DNA of 64,000 bases, from NCBI GenBank assembly GCA_958009085.1, contig OY253674.1, positions 248,001-312,000 on the forward strand. Reading direction: 5' to 3'. This document shows positions 50,251-63,300 of the stretch, in pieces. The stretch comes from Protoeuglena noctilucae (lineage: Eukaryota). How positions within the stretch are numbered: the first letter of the stretch is position 1; every line of letters begins with the position of its first letter. The position numbers were made by a program, and so were the translations under genes. The notes under the pieces were generated by a model, which was given only the letters and a program-made list of their open reading frames with translations, had not been told where the DNA came from and did no database searches.

Positions 50251-50757
50251 GCTCCCTCCTCTTGGAATCAAGCCAGCCGGCGACACCCGGGCGGCGCCGA
50301 TCCGCGCGATTCCCTCTCCTCGAGAGGGACGAGCCCTGCGAAGGTCCGTCTCCCGCTCCCGCCCCTCCACAGGAACGCGCGCCCGCCTGAGCCCAAACGC
50401 TGGGTTAGCAGTCTGACCAGCGACAAGTAGCTAATACGCAATCGGTCGCCGGCGACCGCTGATACTTCCCGGATGTAGGTGCAGTCTAGGACTCGCCGAA
50501 CCAGGGCGCGATCCGTCCTCAGGCACGGAGCTAGCGTGTTACTGACTACAAATTCCGTTACGTAGGCGAGAAGCCGGGGCTGTTTGCGCTTCGGCCTCCC
50601 GACCTGACGGCACGACACGCCAGCTGCTCACGAGCATTTGTCAAGTGGGGGTTCAATCTTTTCACAGTGTCCACTCTTAGTGTCAGGCCGCGTCCACGAT
50701 CCAAATAGACAGCCAGACCGCTGCACGGTGGACCAGCGCAGCTCAGGTGCAGCGCCC

Positions 50758-53160
50758 TCAAGTCAGGATGTCGCAGATGTGCCTGAGAAGCCGCTCCCCG
50801 AACTGCAAGCGGTGGACGCGGGATGAGCGTTGAGGAGGAACGCGAGCGGCGCATGGCACCCACTGCGCCCAAGCTAGAATCTCGCTTGCACACTCGCTCT
50901 CGCCTTGGCCCGAGAGAACTTGTCCCTCGCATGCTGCCATGCGTTGGCACCCATGCGCTGCGCCTCTCCCGGAGCCAGGACGGCAGCCATGCCCGCACAG
51001 AAGGAGCCGGGCGTCGGGTCGCAGAGCACGCCCGTGGCGCGCCGGCCCTCGCGCACCGTCTCCCGAGGCCCGCCGCTGTTGCACGCCACCACCGGCTTGC
51101 CCGCCACCATGGCCTCCAACGGCACGATTCCAAAGTGCTCGTCTGCGGGGACGCAACGAGACACGGCGATGCACAGGGTCGCGAGGGCGTTGGTGGGGCC
51201 GTACAAGCACCCGCAGCTTGCAGCACCCCTCACCAGGCGGAGTGTAAACCACGGCCGTGCAGTTGCGGACCATGGCCCACTTCTGGTCCTCGGTGCACGA
51301 CCGCACGAACCCCACGTATCCCGACAGCCCCAAGCTCGCGGCAAGCTCCGTCAGCTCCTGGAAGTACTCTCGGTTTTCCTGAAAGGGCATGGGAGATAAG
51401 CGGTTAACAGAAAGGAGCGACGGGCCAAGGGACATGCTGGCACAACAACCCAGCCCCAATTGCCACGCGGCGCATCCACCCGCCTCACCCGGAGGCGCTC
51501 GTCGTAACCCCCCGCAACTACCATGCGCACGTCCCTCCGCAGCGCCGGCTCCCTCTCCAGCAGCTCCGCCAGGCCCTCGATCGCCAACTCCACCCGCTTC
51601 TTCCGCTCGTACCGGTTCACGGACAGCAACACCCGCCGGTGGTCAAACGCTCCCCGCACCCAGTCGTCCAGGCCCGCCAAGCCGGGGTCCCCCCGCCCCC
51701 GCCCCCGCCCCTGCGCCGGGCTGGGCCGGTCCGGGGTGCCGGCCTGCTCAGGCTCATCGTCATCCGAACCCGACCAAGCATCCGAGAAGGAGCCCAGGTC
51801 AGGGTCCACGCCAGGGTAGAGCACCCCGGGGCGCACCCCGCGGGCGTAGAGGCGCCGGAACGTGCGGCAGAAGACCCCCGCTGCGGCGAAGGAGACGAGC
51901 GGTCAGCCGGGTCGAGCCAGGGTCAAGACAGCGCAAGGGAGGCCAAGGGGCGGCCACCTGCCAGGTAGCTGCGCGATTCATGAAGGCTAGTGGCACGCCT
52001 TCGAGTCTCACCGGTGAACTTGCTGTTTACGAGGATGCGGTCCGCCTTGCCCGTGGACACCTCCTCGACATAGTCGATGGGAGCTCGATACATGCGCTTC
52101 AGCACCGACTCCCTCCCGGTGAGGAGGAGGTCCGGGTAGTGGCAGTAGTAGAGAACGGGGAGGTCACTGAGGCGCAGCGAAACAGAGATATTTGAGTTAC
52201 GAGTAAGAGATGCAAATGAACCATTGTGCTTTGGCTCACCCCAGGGTGCGGGGGTGGGGTGTCACCTGAACCACTTGATGACCAGGTTGAAGATGGGGAC
52301 CTGGTCGGTGAGGACCACGTCATATCGACAACCCTCTTTCCGCTGGTGGGACAACATGCTGCACGGCGGGGTGAGGGGCGCAGTTCGTGAGATGCAGCGG
52401 GGACATGACGCCAGCATGTCGGCGGGACGCAGCGACCTCACCTCAGCGCAACCAGAGCGCAGCGGATGTACGCGCACAGCGCCACCAGCCGGCCGAGGAA
52501 GTCTCGGGGGAACCAGTTGCCCCGCACCTGCACGGAAAAGCAGCCGGCCGTGGTCTCTGGGAGCGCACGCTTCGGGTTGTGATACGCGGTGAAGATGTCG
52601 ACGTGGTGACCCTGAGTCACGAGTTCGGTGGCCGCGTCCACGACGAGGCGCTCCGCTCCCCCAATTCCCAAATCCGGGTGCAGGAGCTGCGGCAGGGAGG
52701 GCCGGGAACGGTCCGCGCCGGCCCGCGCCGAGCGGAAAGCGCACGCCACTGTCTTCGGCACCAAGCATCGGCAGAAGGAGTGCCTGGATCGCGCGATGCA
52801 GTCGCATCGCGGGCGAACTCACCGCGATGCGCAAGGGACGGGTGGGTTTGTTGCCGGGGGTGGAGAGATTGCGTCTTGAGGACGTGGATGCTTCCCGCAA
52901 GCTATTGACGGATAGCTCCGACTGCAATCACCGTCGCAGATGGGCGTGAGCGCGACGCGAGGTCGGATCCTCAGCTGCTTGTCGCATCCAGGCGCTCCAC
53001 TCGCTGGTGGGACGCCGGCGCTCACCGTCATCCGACTCGTGCTGAGTTCCCGAGACGCATCGGCTCCTGGGAGCGTCAGCAACAGCCGAGGGCTGGTGCC
53101 GTCCACGGTTGGCGGCGCATGCTGCTCGTCGCCCTTGGAACCGTCCCCTTCCCCCACCAT
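50758..53160 (-). CDS. ALG2: Alpha-1,3/1,6-mannosyltransferase ALG2
   Basis: [67 protein letters not shown]. First exon and start codon tentative. Confidence 0.92.
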
Positions 53161-53609
53161 GAGGGTCACGTGCGAGCCTCCTAGACTTGCTTACGTCCAG
53201 AGACACTAGAGCTATGGACGGCACGCTGCAAAGCGCAAGCAACAACCTTTCCAGCTCAGACGCAACGATTCACTTTCAAGGACCGTCCAACCATGCAGCG
53301 CGCCACGCCAATGCTCAGCATGGTCTGTCAGCATGCACTGCGCCAGGCGGCCAGTCAAGGATGGCTGACGAGCCGTGACGCTCTGAGCGTCCCCGGGGTT
53401 GCCCCGTGCTGGGTAAACCGGGCATGGCTCCATGTGTATACCACCTATGGGCCCTTGGCCGCTATCTCACGACCACGGCACTGTCCGTTCCCCGGCAGCG
53501 CACCCCGCGCCTGCAGAGCACGGCTTGCGGCATGCAGCCGGGCACCGCACCGGACCACGCCCAGGGTCGACTGGCGGCTGCGGTCGCGTAGATCGGAGCT
53601 TTGGGCCGG

Positions 53610-55912
53610 ATGGCGTCCGGAAACCTCGGCCCCGTGTACCTGAAGATCGGGCAGCGCGTGCGGCGCGCCCGGCACGTGGAGCTCTCTTTCGAGGGCATTC
53701 AGAAGGCTTTCGAGGACACGTTTGGCATTGCTGAGCACAACATAGCGGCCCGCATCGGTGACTTTCGCCTGCGCGTCCCGCCGGGCGTGTGGGTGACGGA
53801 CTTCGACCCTGTGACGGATGTCAAGCCCTTCTCCGGTGAGACGCGCCACCCGCCACCTCTGCCATCTTCTGGCTGCCATTATCTATGCTCCAGATGCGCC
53901 CGGACGCCGCCTGCTCGGCCCGGGACCTCCCTGGTCCGACGCTTCGGCCGCGTTGTCGCTCCCAGTGATTGAGTGGTGCATCGTGGACAGCCAGGAGGCC
54001 GCCCTTTTGGAGAACGATGCGCTGCTGCGGTATGAGGCGCTTCTGGCCGAGTCACTGAGCCCGGCGGACCCAGCGAGCCACTCCTGGGAGGGCGAGGGGC
54101 TCAAACGCATGCATTCTAAGACCTCTGGCGCCCTGGACCGAGGCCGCATCCACGAATACGACAACTTGCGAGGAGTCATCACAGCGGTGGACGCCAAGGT
54201 ACCCCCGGCACCCGTCCCGCGCATCACGCTCGCTCCCAACTCGCTCCACGCAGCGCGACCACGTGCCGCTTGTGCCCTCCGCCCGCAGGCCCTCCCTCCT
54301 TGGCGCGCGGCCTTGCTGGAATTCCTCGACGACCCCTCCAGCTCCTTCCTCGCGCGCATGTGGACCTACTTCCTTCTCGGCGTCATCTTTCTGTCGACCG
54401 TCACCTTCTGTCTTGAATCCATCCCCGGCTTCAGCAGGCAGGCCGACTCCCGGAGCTCCGCCTGGTACGCCCTCGAGGCCAGCGCCACGGCTGTGTTCAC
54501 GGTCGAGATCCTTGCGCGGCTCATCGCGTATGGGGACCTGTGGCAGTACCTGAAGCGCTTCATGAACCTGGGTGAGGGCCGCTACATGAGAGGGCACTGC
54601 GCCTGAGAGCACCAAAAAGACTTCGCGGCTCTTGCCAGCTTGCGATCCGATGAGCCCAGTGTGCTGGCGTCGAGCGTACGCATCGGTCGGCGCCCCCGCA
54701 GTCGACGTGGCTGCCGTCCTGCCCTTCTACATCGAGCTCATCGTGCAGGCCGTCATCAAATCCTCCAGGATCCCCGGCCTGCAAGTACTACGTGTCATTC
54801 GGCTCATACGTATCTTCCGGTGCGCTCCTGCTGCGCCCGCGGTCGCCCACTGTGCAGGATCCCGACTATTGACACACACACTCTTGTCATCGCCTCGCAC
54901 ATCGCAGGTTGTTCAAGGCGTCCCGGGCGTCCCTGATGGTCCTTCGCGACACCATGGTCCTGTCAGCGCGGCCCCTGTACATGCTCGTTTTCCTGGTGGC
55001 CCTGGGCCTCACGGTCTTCAGCAGCGTCATCTACTACGCCGAGCGAGGAATCTTCGACGACAGTGAGCCCTAGCTGGCGCCACGACGTTGCCCTGGTCAT
55101 GGGTGGTGACCTTGATCAGCGACGCTTACATGCGTGCCTCCCGTGCCACCCCCCGCAGCCCTCCAGGCTTTCAAGATCCAGACGGGCTACTACTGCACCG
55201 TGGCGGTGAGCACGGGGTCGGCGTCCACGCCGCTCACCGATTCGTGGGTCTCGCAGAAGCACCCCGGATGCGCGCTGACTTCCGTCGACTCTGGCAGCTC
55301 CACCTCGGGCACGATGACGTGCCAGAGCCTCTACGAGATCCGATGGACCCCGGCCACGTGCCATCCCATCTACGAGGTGACTCGCCTGGAGCGCAGGGCT
55401 CCGGTGGCACATCGCACTGCGCCTGGCGCATGCCCTGCACTCGGGAGGTCGTGGCGATATGAGACGTCACGTGACGCGGGCATCGTGGTCTGAGCGCCGC
55501 TGGTGACGATACCTCGCCTCGTCCCATGCAGCTGACGCTCTTCACGTCCATCCCGGCATCCCTTTGGTGGTGCATCGTGACCATGGTGACGGTTGGCTAC
55601 GGCGACCTCGTCCCGCACACGCCGGCCGGCAAGATCATTGCGTCCCTCGTCATCCTGTTCGGCATCCTCGTCCTCGCCATGCCCATCTCCGTCATTGGCG
55701 CCAACTTCACCATCGTGTACCAGCGCAAGCTGAAAGCCGACAAGCTGAAGCAAATGATGAGGAAACAGAAGTGAGTGCGTGGCATGCAGCAGTTGAAACG
55801 TCGTACAGCTGCCGCTGGCCGCTGGAGCTGCAGGGCGGAGCGTATCACCCTGCCCCACGCACGCAGGAGGGCGGCCAAGGCGGGGTCCTTCGGGAGGAGG
55901 ACGAGCTTGTGA
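53610..55912 (+). CDS. Voltage-gated K+ channel (6TM, Shaker/Kv-like)
   Basis: [13 protein letters not shown]4 [17 protein letters not shown], pore [26 protein letters not shown]6 [12 protein letters not shown]. Confidence 0.92.
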
Positions 55913-56133
55913 TGCGACGTTCATGACCCTTCGTGATGCAGAGATATGCAGGCCCTTCACAACCTATGTCAGCAGCAATACAGAATTGCGCTGCGAGATC
56001 TGCTCTGGAACTAGATATCGTCCGTTGCTATAATGCTGGGTGCTGTGATCAATGCTGCACCTTGTAGAATGTGAAACAGATTCGCGAGTGGTAGGTAGAA
56101 TGCAAGGCGTCGCCGTAACTGCCAGGCCGTCTA

Positions 56134-57342
56134 TCAGTCGTCGTCCATGCCGCCGTCGTCGTCGTCCATCGCGTCATCTCCCGCAACCAACGCGTCGTCG
56201 TCGATCTCCGGCATCCCCTGCAGCGCGCGGCACGCCCGGCGTCACACCAGCCAACTATGCTGCATCCGCCACGCAAACCGCCTGCACAGGACGGCCCACT
56301 CGCCTCCGGCTCCGCAGCAGCTTGTCCCGCTTTCTTGGCCTTTGGAGCAGCACGTGCTTTCCTCTTCTGATGGATCGCCGGCACCCACTTGTGCTCCTTC
56401 TCATCCCACATCTCCTGCAGCCAAGCATCCATGCAAGCGGTGGCCCGACGACCGTGCCCGCAGCAGCGGTGCAGGGCGCGCCGAACAGGCCATGCATGCC
56501 TCGCCTCATAGTCGGTGATCTCGACGCCCTCCGGCGCCCCGCCGGCCAGCAGCCGGACCAGCGCCGCCTCGACCTTCGCGACCGTTGCGGGGTCCACCTC
56601 GGGTCTCTCTCGGAACAGCCGCTCGCGTGCGCGACGGGCGGGCGGCGTGACCCCATCCGCGTACTCCCCCAACGGCGGTGGCGCCATGCCTTGAGGGCGC
56701 ACAACAAGCACCTGCGCGACAGCCGACACGCGCGCCGCAGCTCGGCCTGCAGCATACCCACGCTGTGGCGCAGGCAAGCGCGACGAAACGGCCAGCGGTG
56801 ACGAATGCAGTTGCAGGTGGTGCGCTCTCGCCTGCCCAATGTCCCCGGCTTTGACGAGATCGATGTCGTTCAGGGTTTTGTAGGACTCGACCACGGTGGG
56901 CAGCGACCGTAGGGACACGGGGTACTCGGCCCCACCGACGATGAACAGCCCCTCCGTCTCGTCGTCTGCTTGCGGCGGCCAAGGCACCTTTGCTGGCAGC
57001 ACAGCGCGGGGGCACCACAGGCATCGCGGCTGCCGCAAAAGTCACTCGCCCGTGAACCTCAGCTCCATTTCCATGTCCTCCTGCTGTATGGCGCCTCCTG
57101 CTCCGGACTTGAGAACGTTCTGGACGCGTCGGGCGAGGCCCTTGTCGCGAATCTGCGCCAGGATACTCATTTTCTTGATGCACGCTCCCGATGCACCCCC
57201 GTGGGCCCACGCTTCTTCAGCGCGCAGCACCAGCGCAGTCCATCAGCATGCACACGGTCACCCTTAGAAGGAACTGTTGCTCGGGCATCATGTCAAAGGC
57301 CGGGCCCTTCTTGGCCTTCTGCTTCGCGTCCTTCTCCGCCAT
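56134..57342 (-). CDS. TAF7: TFIID subunit TAF7
   Basis: EQQFLLR, YPVSLRSLPTVVESYKTLNDIDLVKAGDIGQ, GVTPPARRARERLFR, acidic tail. Confidence 0.9.
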
Positions 57343-57673
57343 CTCCTCTCGCCCTTTCCCCGGCCCGCTTAGGGCAGCCTCCGGCGCTCGTCACATCAAA
57401 GATTCAGCAGCGACCCAGCAAAGCGAAGAGTCGAGTTTCTGCAGAACGAGCGGGTTCTTTACCCTCCCGTCGTGCAAGCTGCGGCAGACTGCTCTCCAAA
57501 ACGGCCTCAGAGAGCCGCTGGCGATTCAGACATGTCCATCCACGTGCATCTGAGCAAGTCCGCCTGAACCACGCTGATTGAGGGCCTCGAGCTGCAGCAA
57601 TCAGGGACGACGTGTGTGGGGAGGGCTGTTTTGTTGGAATCGCTTAATTAGCACATCGGGCGGCTCTCGCGTC

Positions 57674-58700
57674 ATGTCACAGCAGGCCAAGGGCATCGGT
57701 TGGCTGCTGCGCGACACAATCGCACGCTTCCGGACCATCTTCGAGCAAGAGCCGGATTTCTACCGGTGGGCAGCGCGATTGCACACGCCCAACCCCGCTA
57801 TCCAGGCTTCCCATGTTTTGATGGGCTTGGTGCGTATCCTGCGATCTCAGGCGTCACGGGCTGGACATCGAGGGGTTCATACGGGAGGCACGGGTGACGG
57901 GGCGCGTCGAGAAGTGGGGCAGGACCTTCCAGGACGCCGTCAAGGCGGAGCTGGGGGTGAACGATGAAGTAAAGGTGAGTAAAATGCAGCTTTGCCGCGG
58001 TGACGCGCCTTGATGGATGCCTGGGCGCATCCATTTGGGGCCCTTCGCCGCCGCAGGACTTGCGGCCTCGTCCAGCGCCCGTCGACCGCGTCGTCGCGAA
58101 GAGGATCATCACGGATCCATCGGAACAAGCCTCGGAGCTGGTGAGGACTATGTGGGGGCCTGCATGAGGGTCTGCATGGTGAGGGAGGCGGCACGGCGTG
58201 GCTCTCTACAGCCGCAGCAGCTCAACTTGTTTTTCCAAACTGCGACCCCAGGCCTCGCGGATCATCTCTGCAGCGCTGGAGCGGACTGTGCAGAACATGG
58301 AGGCGCAGTCCCGCGAGCTGGCCGCGGAGAGGGAGGCAGGAGAGCGGGCGTTGAGGTGAGCCTCAGCGGTGGCGTCACGACTCGCAGATACCGAGCCACT
58401 TGCGTTCCCTTGGAGGTTCACGCGTCCTCGGACTCATTCCGTGCGCGCCCACGCCCTCACAGAGAGCTGCGAGAGGTCTCGGGGCCCCTGTCAACCAGCC
58501 AGGATGCAAGAGACGATGCGATGTTCCAAGCTGCGGTGGCCGCGAACCCGACGCTGGCCGACCGGGTGGCGTCGGCGCCGGATCCGGCGGCGGAAATGGC
58601 GAAAGTGGTGGCGGAGATGCGGCGCGTGCGGGAACTGGTGCGGGGGCAAGCTCGCCCTCCCGAGGCAGGACCTGGCGCAGGGGGACCTGGTGCGGGGTAG
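57674..58700 (+). CDS. Hypothetical protein (5 exons)
   Basis: MSQQAKGIGWLLRDTIARFRTIFEQEPDFYR... Four GT-AG introns join in frame to TAG at 58700. No family recognised. Confidence 0.6.
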
Positions 58701-58778
58701 GGAGGGAATGGAAACTGGGATAGGGGGGGAGTGGAAACGCTGCCATGCGCAGAACAGGATGGAGACACTGCATCTGTG

Positions 58779-60017
58779 TTAAAATAGCGTGGCCGTCTCC
58801 ACAGTGGGCGGAATCTTGCGGGAGTTCTTGTAGTAGATGCCGAGGATCGTGAAGGCGTCGGGCTTGAAAGACGTCCGCAGCTTTTCGTCCCGGAAGCTCT
58901 TCAGCACTTCGCGGAGACCCTCGAGCACCGCCTGTCGCTCCGCGAGGTCAGTGGTGCCCGCTCGCACGTACACGCAAATCACATGCGTGTCCTGCCCGGA
59001 GGTCACTGGGGACACCTTGGCGGCCGGGCCCAGCTGCGAGAATACCAGGGGATACGAATAAGCCCCAGGCCATCGGTTGGGCCAGGTCAGCTGCCGCAGC
59101 ACGCAACCAGCAAGCAGCCACATCACACCCAGCGGCACCCGCCCCGTGCCACCCACCTTCCCCTCTGCCACAGCGAAGGCGATGCGCGACCAGACCGAAT
59201 CGACGCTGGGTCGAGTGCACCGCACCATCCACTTGCCGCTCAGAATGCCGTACTTTTCCGCCAGCTTCTGCGCACAGCCACCATGCACGGTTGCTTGGTT
59301 GCTAGCATGCAAACCGTGAATGGACAGCCCCCCTATGGTCCCCGCAACTCCAAACAACGGCTGCGTCTCACCAATGCGATGCGAGTCCCCTCCTGTCCAA
59401 CTGCATCGGTCTTGTCCCACTCCCAGAGCATCTGCTCTTCCCGGTCCCCCCGCGACGTCCCCGGAGCCTCTGTATCAACTTCCGCCGGACGCAGGTGCTC
59501 ATCCTGCGGCGCAGATACGCCAATCCACGCCACGTCCGCGCACGATGCCTTGGATGGAGGGAAGGCGTCCAAAAACTCGGCCATCGTCGCCGTGGAGCCC
59601 CTATGCCACACACTGCGCTCTGGGCCGCCTATGATGCGCTCGTAGCGGTGGGAGGGGTCCAAGCAAGGCACTGCGGAGGCCGCTTGTAAGATGCGCGCGG
59701 CGCCTGCAGCCACGGTGGCGAATAGGGTAGGGCGCAAGGCGCGATGCTGGCTTGGGCGCACCCCCCGGCTGCTGGCGACGAAGCCACGAACCTTCGCCTC
59801 CCCGACTGATCTCAAGGCGCGCCGCCATCATCCCCCGCATGCATCGCTCGCACAGGTCCCGGTCCGGGCAGACGGTGCATCGGAAACGAGACCCGATGAT
59901 GGGCTCTGCCTCGCATCCATCGCATGTGACGTCGTTGTGCTCAACGACCCAGCCGCTGCCAGGACTGCCCTGACGCGCCGCGAGAGCATCCCTTACATCC
60001 CTGAACGCGTCAGCCAT
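58779..60017 (-). CDS. ZZ zinc finger fused to a BLES03/C11orf68 (DUF1917)-like domain
   Basis: HNDVTCDGCEAEPIIGSRFRCTVCPDRDLCERC; FLDAFPPS..WIGV, LAEKYGILSGKWM, AKVSP..HVICVY, FKPDAFTILGIY. Confidence 0.8.
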
Positions 60018-60355
60018 TCCGCTCCTTCCAACGATATCAGGCCATGATGCCAGGGCTGGAAGATGACAGGAGTAGCCCACGATCCGACTAGCCAAACAGA
60101 TGGTCGGGAAGGGGCCAGGTTTACTAGCGCACGCCTGTAGACCTACGCTGCAGTGCCCTACTGGCACGCCGACGCGGCAAACCGCGAGATTTCCAGAACA
60201 CGAAGTCGACCTGATACTATGGGAGCCTACTGAAGGGCTGCGGGCCGGGCTGATGAGTTGAAAGCGGCTCTGCATCGAGGGTCGAGTGGCAGACCCGTCG
60301 TGTTCCCTGCTCGTTCTAGTTTGGGCCGGCGCGACGATCCGAGCGCAAAGCTGGA

Positions 60356-63300
60356 ATGAAGATCAAACAGCTGGAGTCGTGGCTATCGGTATGTCGCGCC
60401 CTGCTCGATGGACAAGCAGCTGCTGCTGCGAGGCTCGCAGCTACTGACCCTCCCGCGCCTCACTTCGCAGGACTTGCGCCCCTTCGACAAACCCAAGGTG
60501 GAGCTGGAGCAGTACCCTACCAGCGCGTCCATCGCGGCCCGTGTACTGAGCGTCTGCGAGGACCAGTTCGGCGACGTGCGCCACAAGGTTGTGGTCGACA
60601 TGGGATGCGGTGCTGGCATGCTGACGGCGGCGGCGGCGGTGCTCGAGGCGGACCAGGTCATCGGGATCGACATTGACCCGGTGAGGCGCTCCATGCATGC
60701 GCAGGGGTGGGACAGCAAGATGCATGGTTTTGACTCCCTGTCACGGCCGCCCAAGCGGGGCCGTCACTCTCTCTGTACCTCGCGCGTTAATCATTGCAAC
60801 CTCTATCGGCGGGTGCCACGAGGCACCCTGGACAAGTGGAGAAAGGCACAGGGCTGAGAGGGCGTCGCAGGGAGTGCACCAGCGAGCGCTACGAGACGGT
60901 GAGGTCTCTAGGAGTGGGAAGGAGGGAGGAAATGGAACAACGATGCGCAGAGTGAAATCGGACTCATCGATAAAAGCCATCTGCACCCGCAGACAACGCT
61001 CGCCGGCCGCTCATTGATAGCGGCAATGGGCTATGGGGTGCCATGCGCGGGTGCCACGCCACGCCACGGCTTCACTTGCCGTCGAGAGCCCCCAGCAGGA
61101 CCGGGGCCCAGGCCGCCCGCAGCACTCCCGCACCCCTTCGACCTCGCCGCTCCAAGGCTTCGCCCAGGAAGCCCACCCCAACGAGCAAGACTCGCATCGG
61201 TGGACCCCTGCAGCCAGCCATCACTTCGAGTCAGTCCCTCTGTTGCACACCAGGCTCGTACATGCCACGGAAAGACCCGCTAGACAACCGACCCGCTTAG
61301 AACACGGTGCCTCCCGCCACTCTGCGCCTCACCGGACAGCCTCGGCGATGGCCCGCACCAGGCGGACGTGCCATGGCCGGTCCTTCCCACGCTCGCGGGG
61401 CCGGTGTGCCCTCGTTTCCGGTGCGCCGCTCCCCCAGTCTCGGCTCGCGGGAAGCCCACGGGGGGACACGCCCTCGTCCCCACCCCACCTGGGGAGACGC
61501 ACAGTACTTGGTCTATCTCAGAGTTTGTCTTACTCGTCCGTTATATTGGACAATGAGTTGCTTGCAGCCCTTTTGCCCATGCAACCCTGCCTGAGCTGCC
61601 ACGCTCTCTCGTGCCTAACCCCACGAGACTCGCCTGTTGTGGCGTGATGCGGCGCCTAGGGCCTCCACCTCCTCAATCATCGCCGCCTGGCTGTCGCGGA
61701 CGGCGTCCAGGGCCTGACTCACTTCGCTCCGCATCAGCATCGCGTACTGCACATGGGGAGGTGCGATGAGCGATGAGCGTGGGTAGAGCAGCGACCCCGT
61801 GAGTCAACATGCATGTAATTTCCGTTTCGTTGCACGTCGCCGGCCCGACAGCCGTTTTCCATTCGCCACATACCAGCACGCCCCTTTGCCTCCTCTCTGC
61901 TTGCACCACAACTAGTGACCGGCTCTACCCCAGGCCTCGCCCTCACCTTGGCGACCAGCTGCACCCTCTGTTCGAGGGGCACGCGCGACGCAGCAGACAC
62001 CGCCGATGCAGCGTGGCTGGGCCCCTCCAGCACCGTCTCTAGGTTCCCCTGGGACGACGCGCGCAGGCGCCGCATGCTGGGGACCTGTGGGCACGCAACC
62101 TGGCTGAGCTTCACACGTCGCGCCGCTCTGCAACGGCGGCTGGCGGCTGCCCGTCAGCGCAGAGCGGCGCGCTGTTCCCGCCGATTCGGTGCTCACCTGG
62201 GGCAGAGTCGGGCGTGCCTCGCCGAGGAGTCGTTCGAGCAGGCACACGCCCACGCGGCTGTCTCCCATTGCCTCGAGAGCCATGTCCGCCAGCTCCGGCC
62301 ACGGAGGCGATCGCAGGCGGCCCGCCAAGTCCATGAACCCATCCACCATGGCCGTCACGTGGGCGGACGTCGACGCGTTGCCGAGCTCGCCCCCCGGCGC
62401 TGCAGTGCATGGCGCAGGGCCCTGCCGTCCAACGGTCTGCTCTCATGGGCTACGCGGGGCGCAAGCGCATCGAGCTCCTCACCAAAGCACCCAAAGCACA
62501 GGCGCAGGCTCTCGAGCGCCTCCTCGCGGCGCTGGCGGTCGGCCTGGGACGGCGACGACGGCAGAGCGAGGGACCCCGGCCTCAGGTCCTGCCCGTGCGA
62601 CCACGATGCCGGGAGCGGCCCGCACGGGTCCTGCCCGCTGGCCACGCCCACCATCATGCGGAAATGCACGGCGGCGGCGTCCCGGTAGTGCCGCTGGTCC
62701 GCCAGGCACCTGGCGAACATCCTGCGTCCCAACGCGGCGTCGCACGAGGTTGTTACGACCGTCCGCAAGCCAAGCGAGGCCCTCCTGAACGGGCGGGGGC
62801 GCAGCTCTCACCTGAGGGCGATGGCGTCGTACTCGGAGCTCCCGTGGCTGATCAGGTAAGACTGCATCTCCGGGCTGAGGCCGCGCACTGCGATGTCCGT
62901 GGCAAAGACGAGCCGGGCGGCGCGGCGGAGGTAGGCCACGGGCGCGGGGCACGACGGCTCGCATGACAGGGCCACGCACTGGACGCAGGGTTGAGGGGCC
63001 GGCCTTGGGCGTGGGGCGGAGCCAGCAGTGGTTGTGCGCAAGGCACTGGCATGGCGCAGACCGCCACCCCTGCTATGGAGCTGCGCCCAAGCTCCCCGCG
63101 ATGCTCCGCAAGGTCGGCACGTACCTTGCTGGCCGTCGTGCGGCGGTACGTCTCAGCTGCGGCCTTGTCGTCGTAGCTCGTCGTCAAGTCGGCCTCGGTC
63201 ATGGGCATGCGCGTGATGGGGTCGCCGTTGTTCCCCTGGCGCAGCCACCTTACGATCGCCTCGCGCTCGTACTTGCGACCGGACCGCCCGATCACCGGCT

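Noticed and set aside
59700..59800. Apparent frameshift between the ZZ and BLES03 regions
   Set aside because: A phase-1 GT-AG intron (G|gttcgt...ctgcag|GC) restores the frame.
60356..60680. Truncated METTL5 pseudogene
   Set aside because: The next exon is present in phase at 63952.
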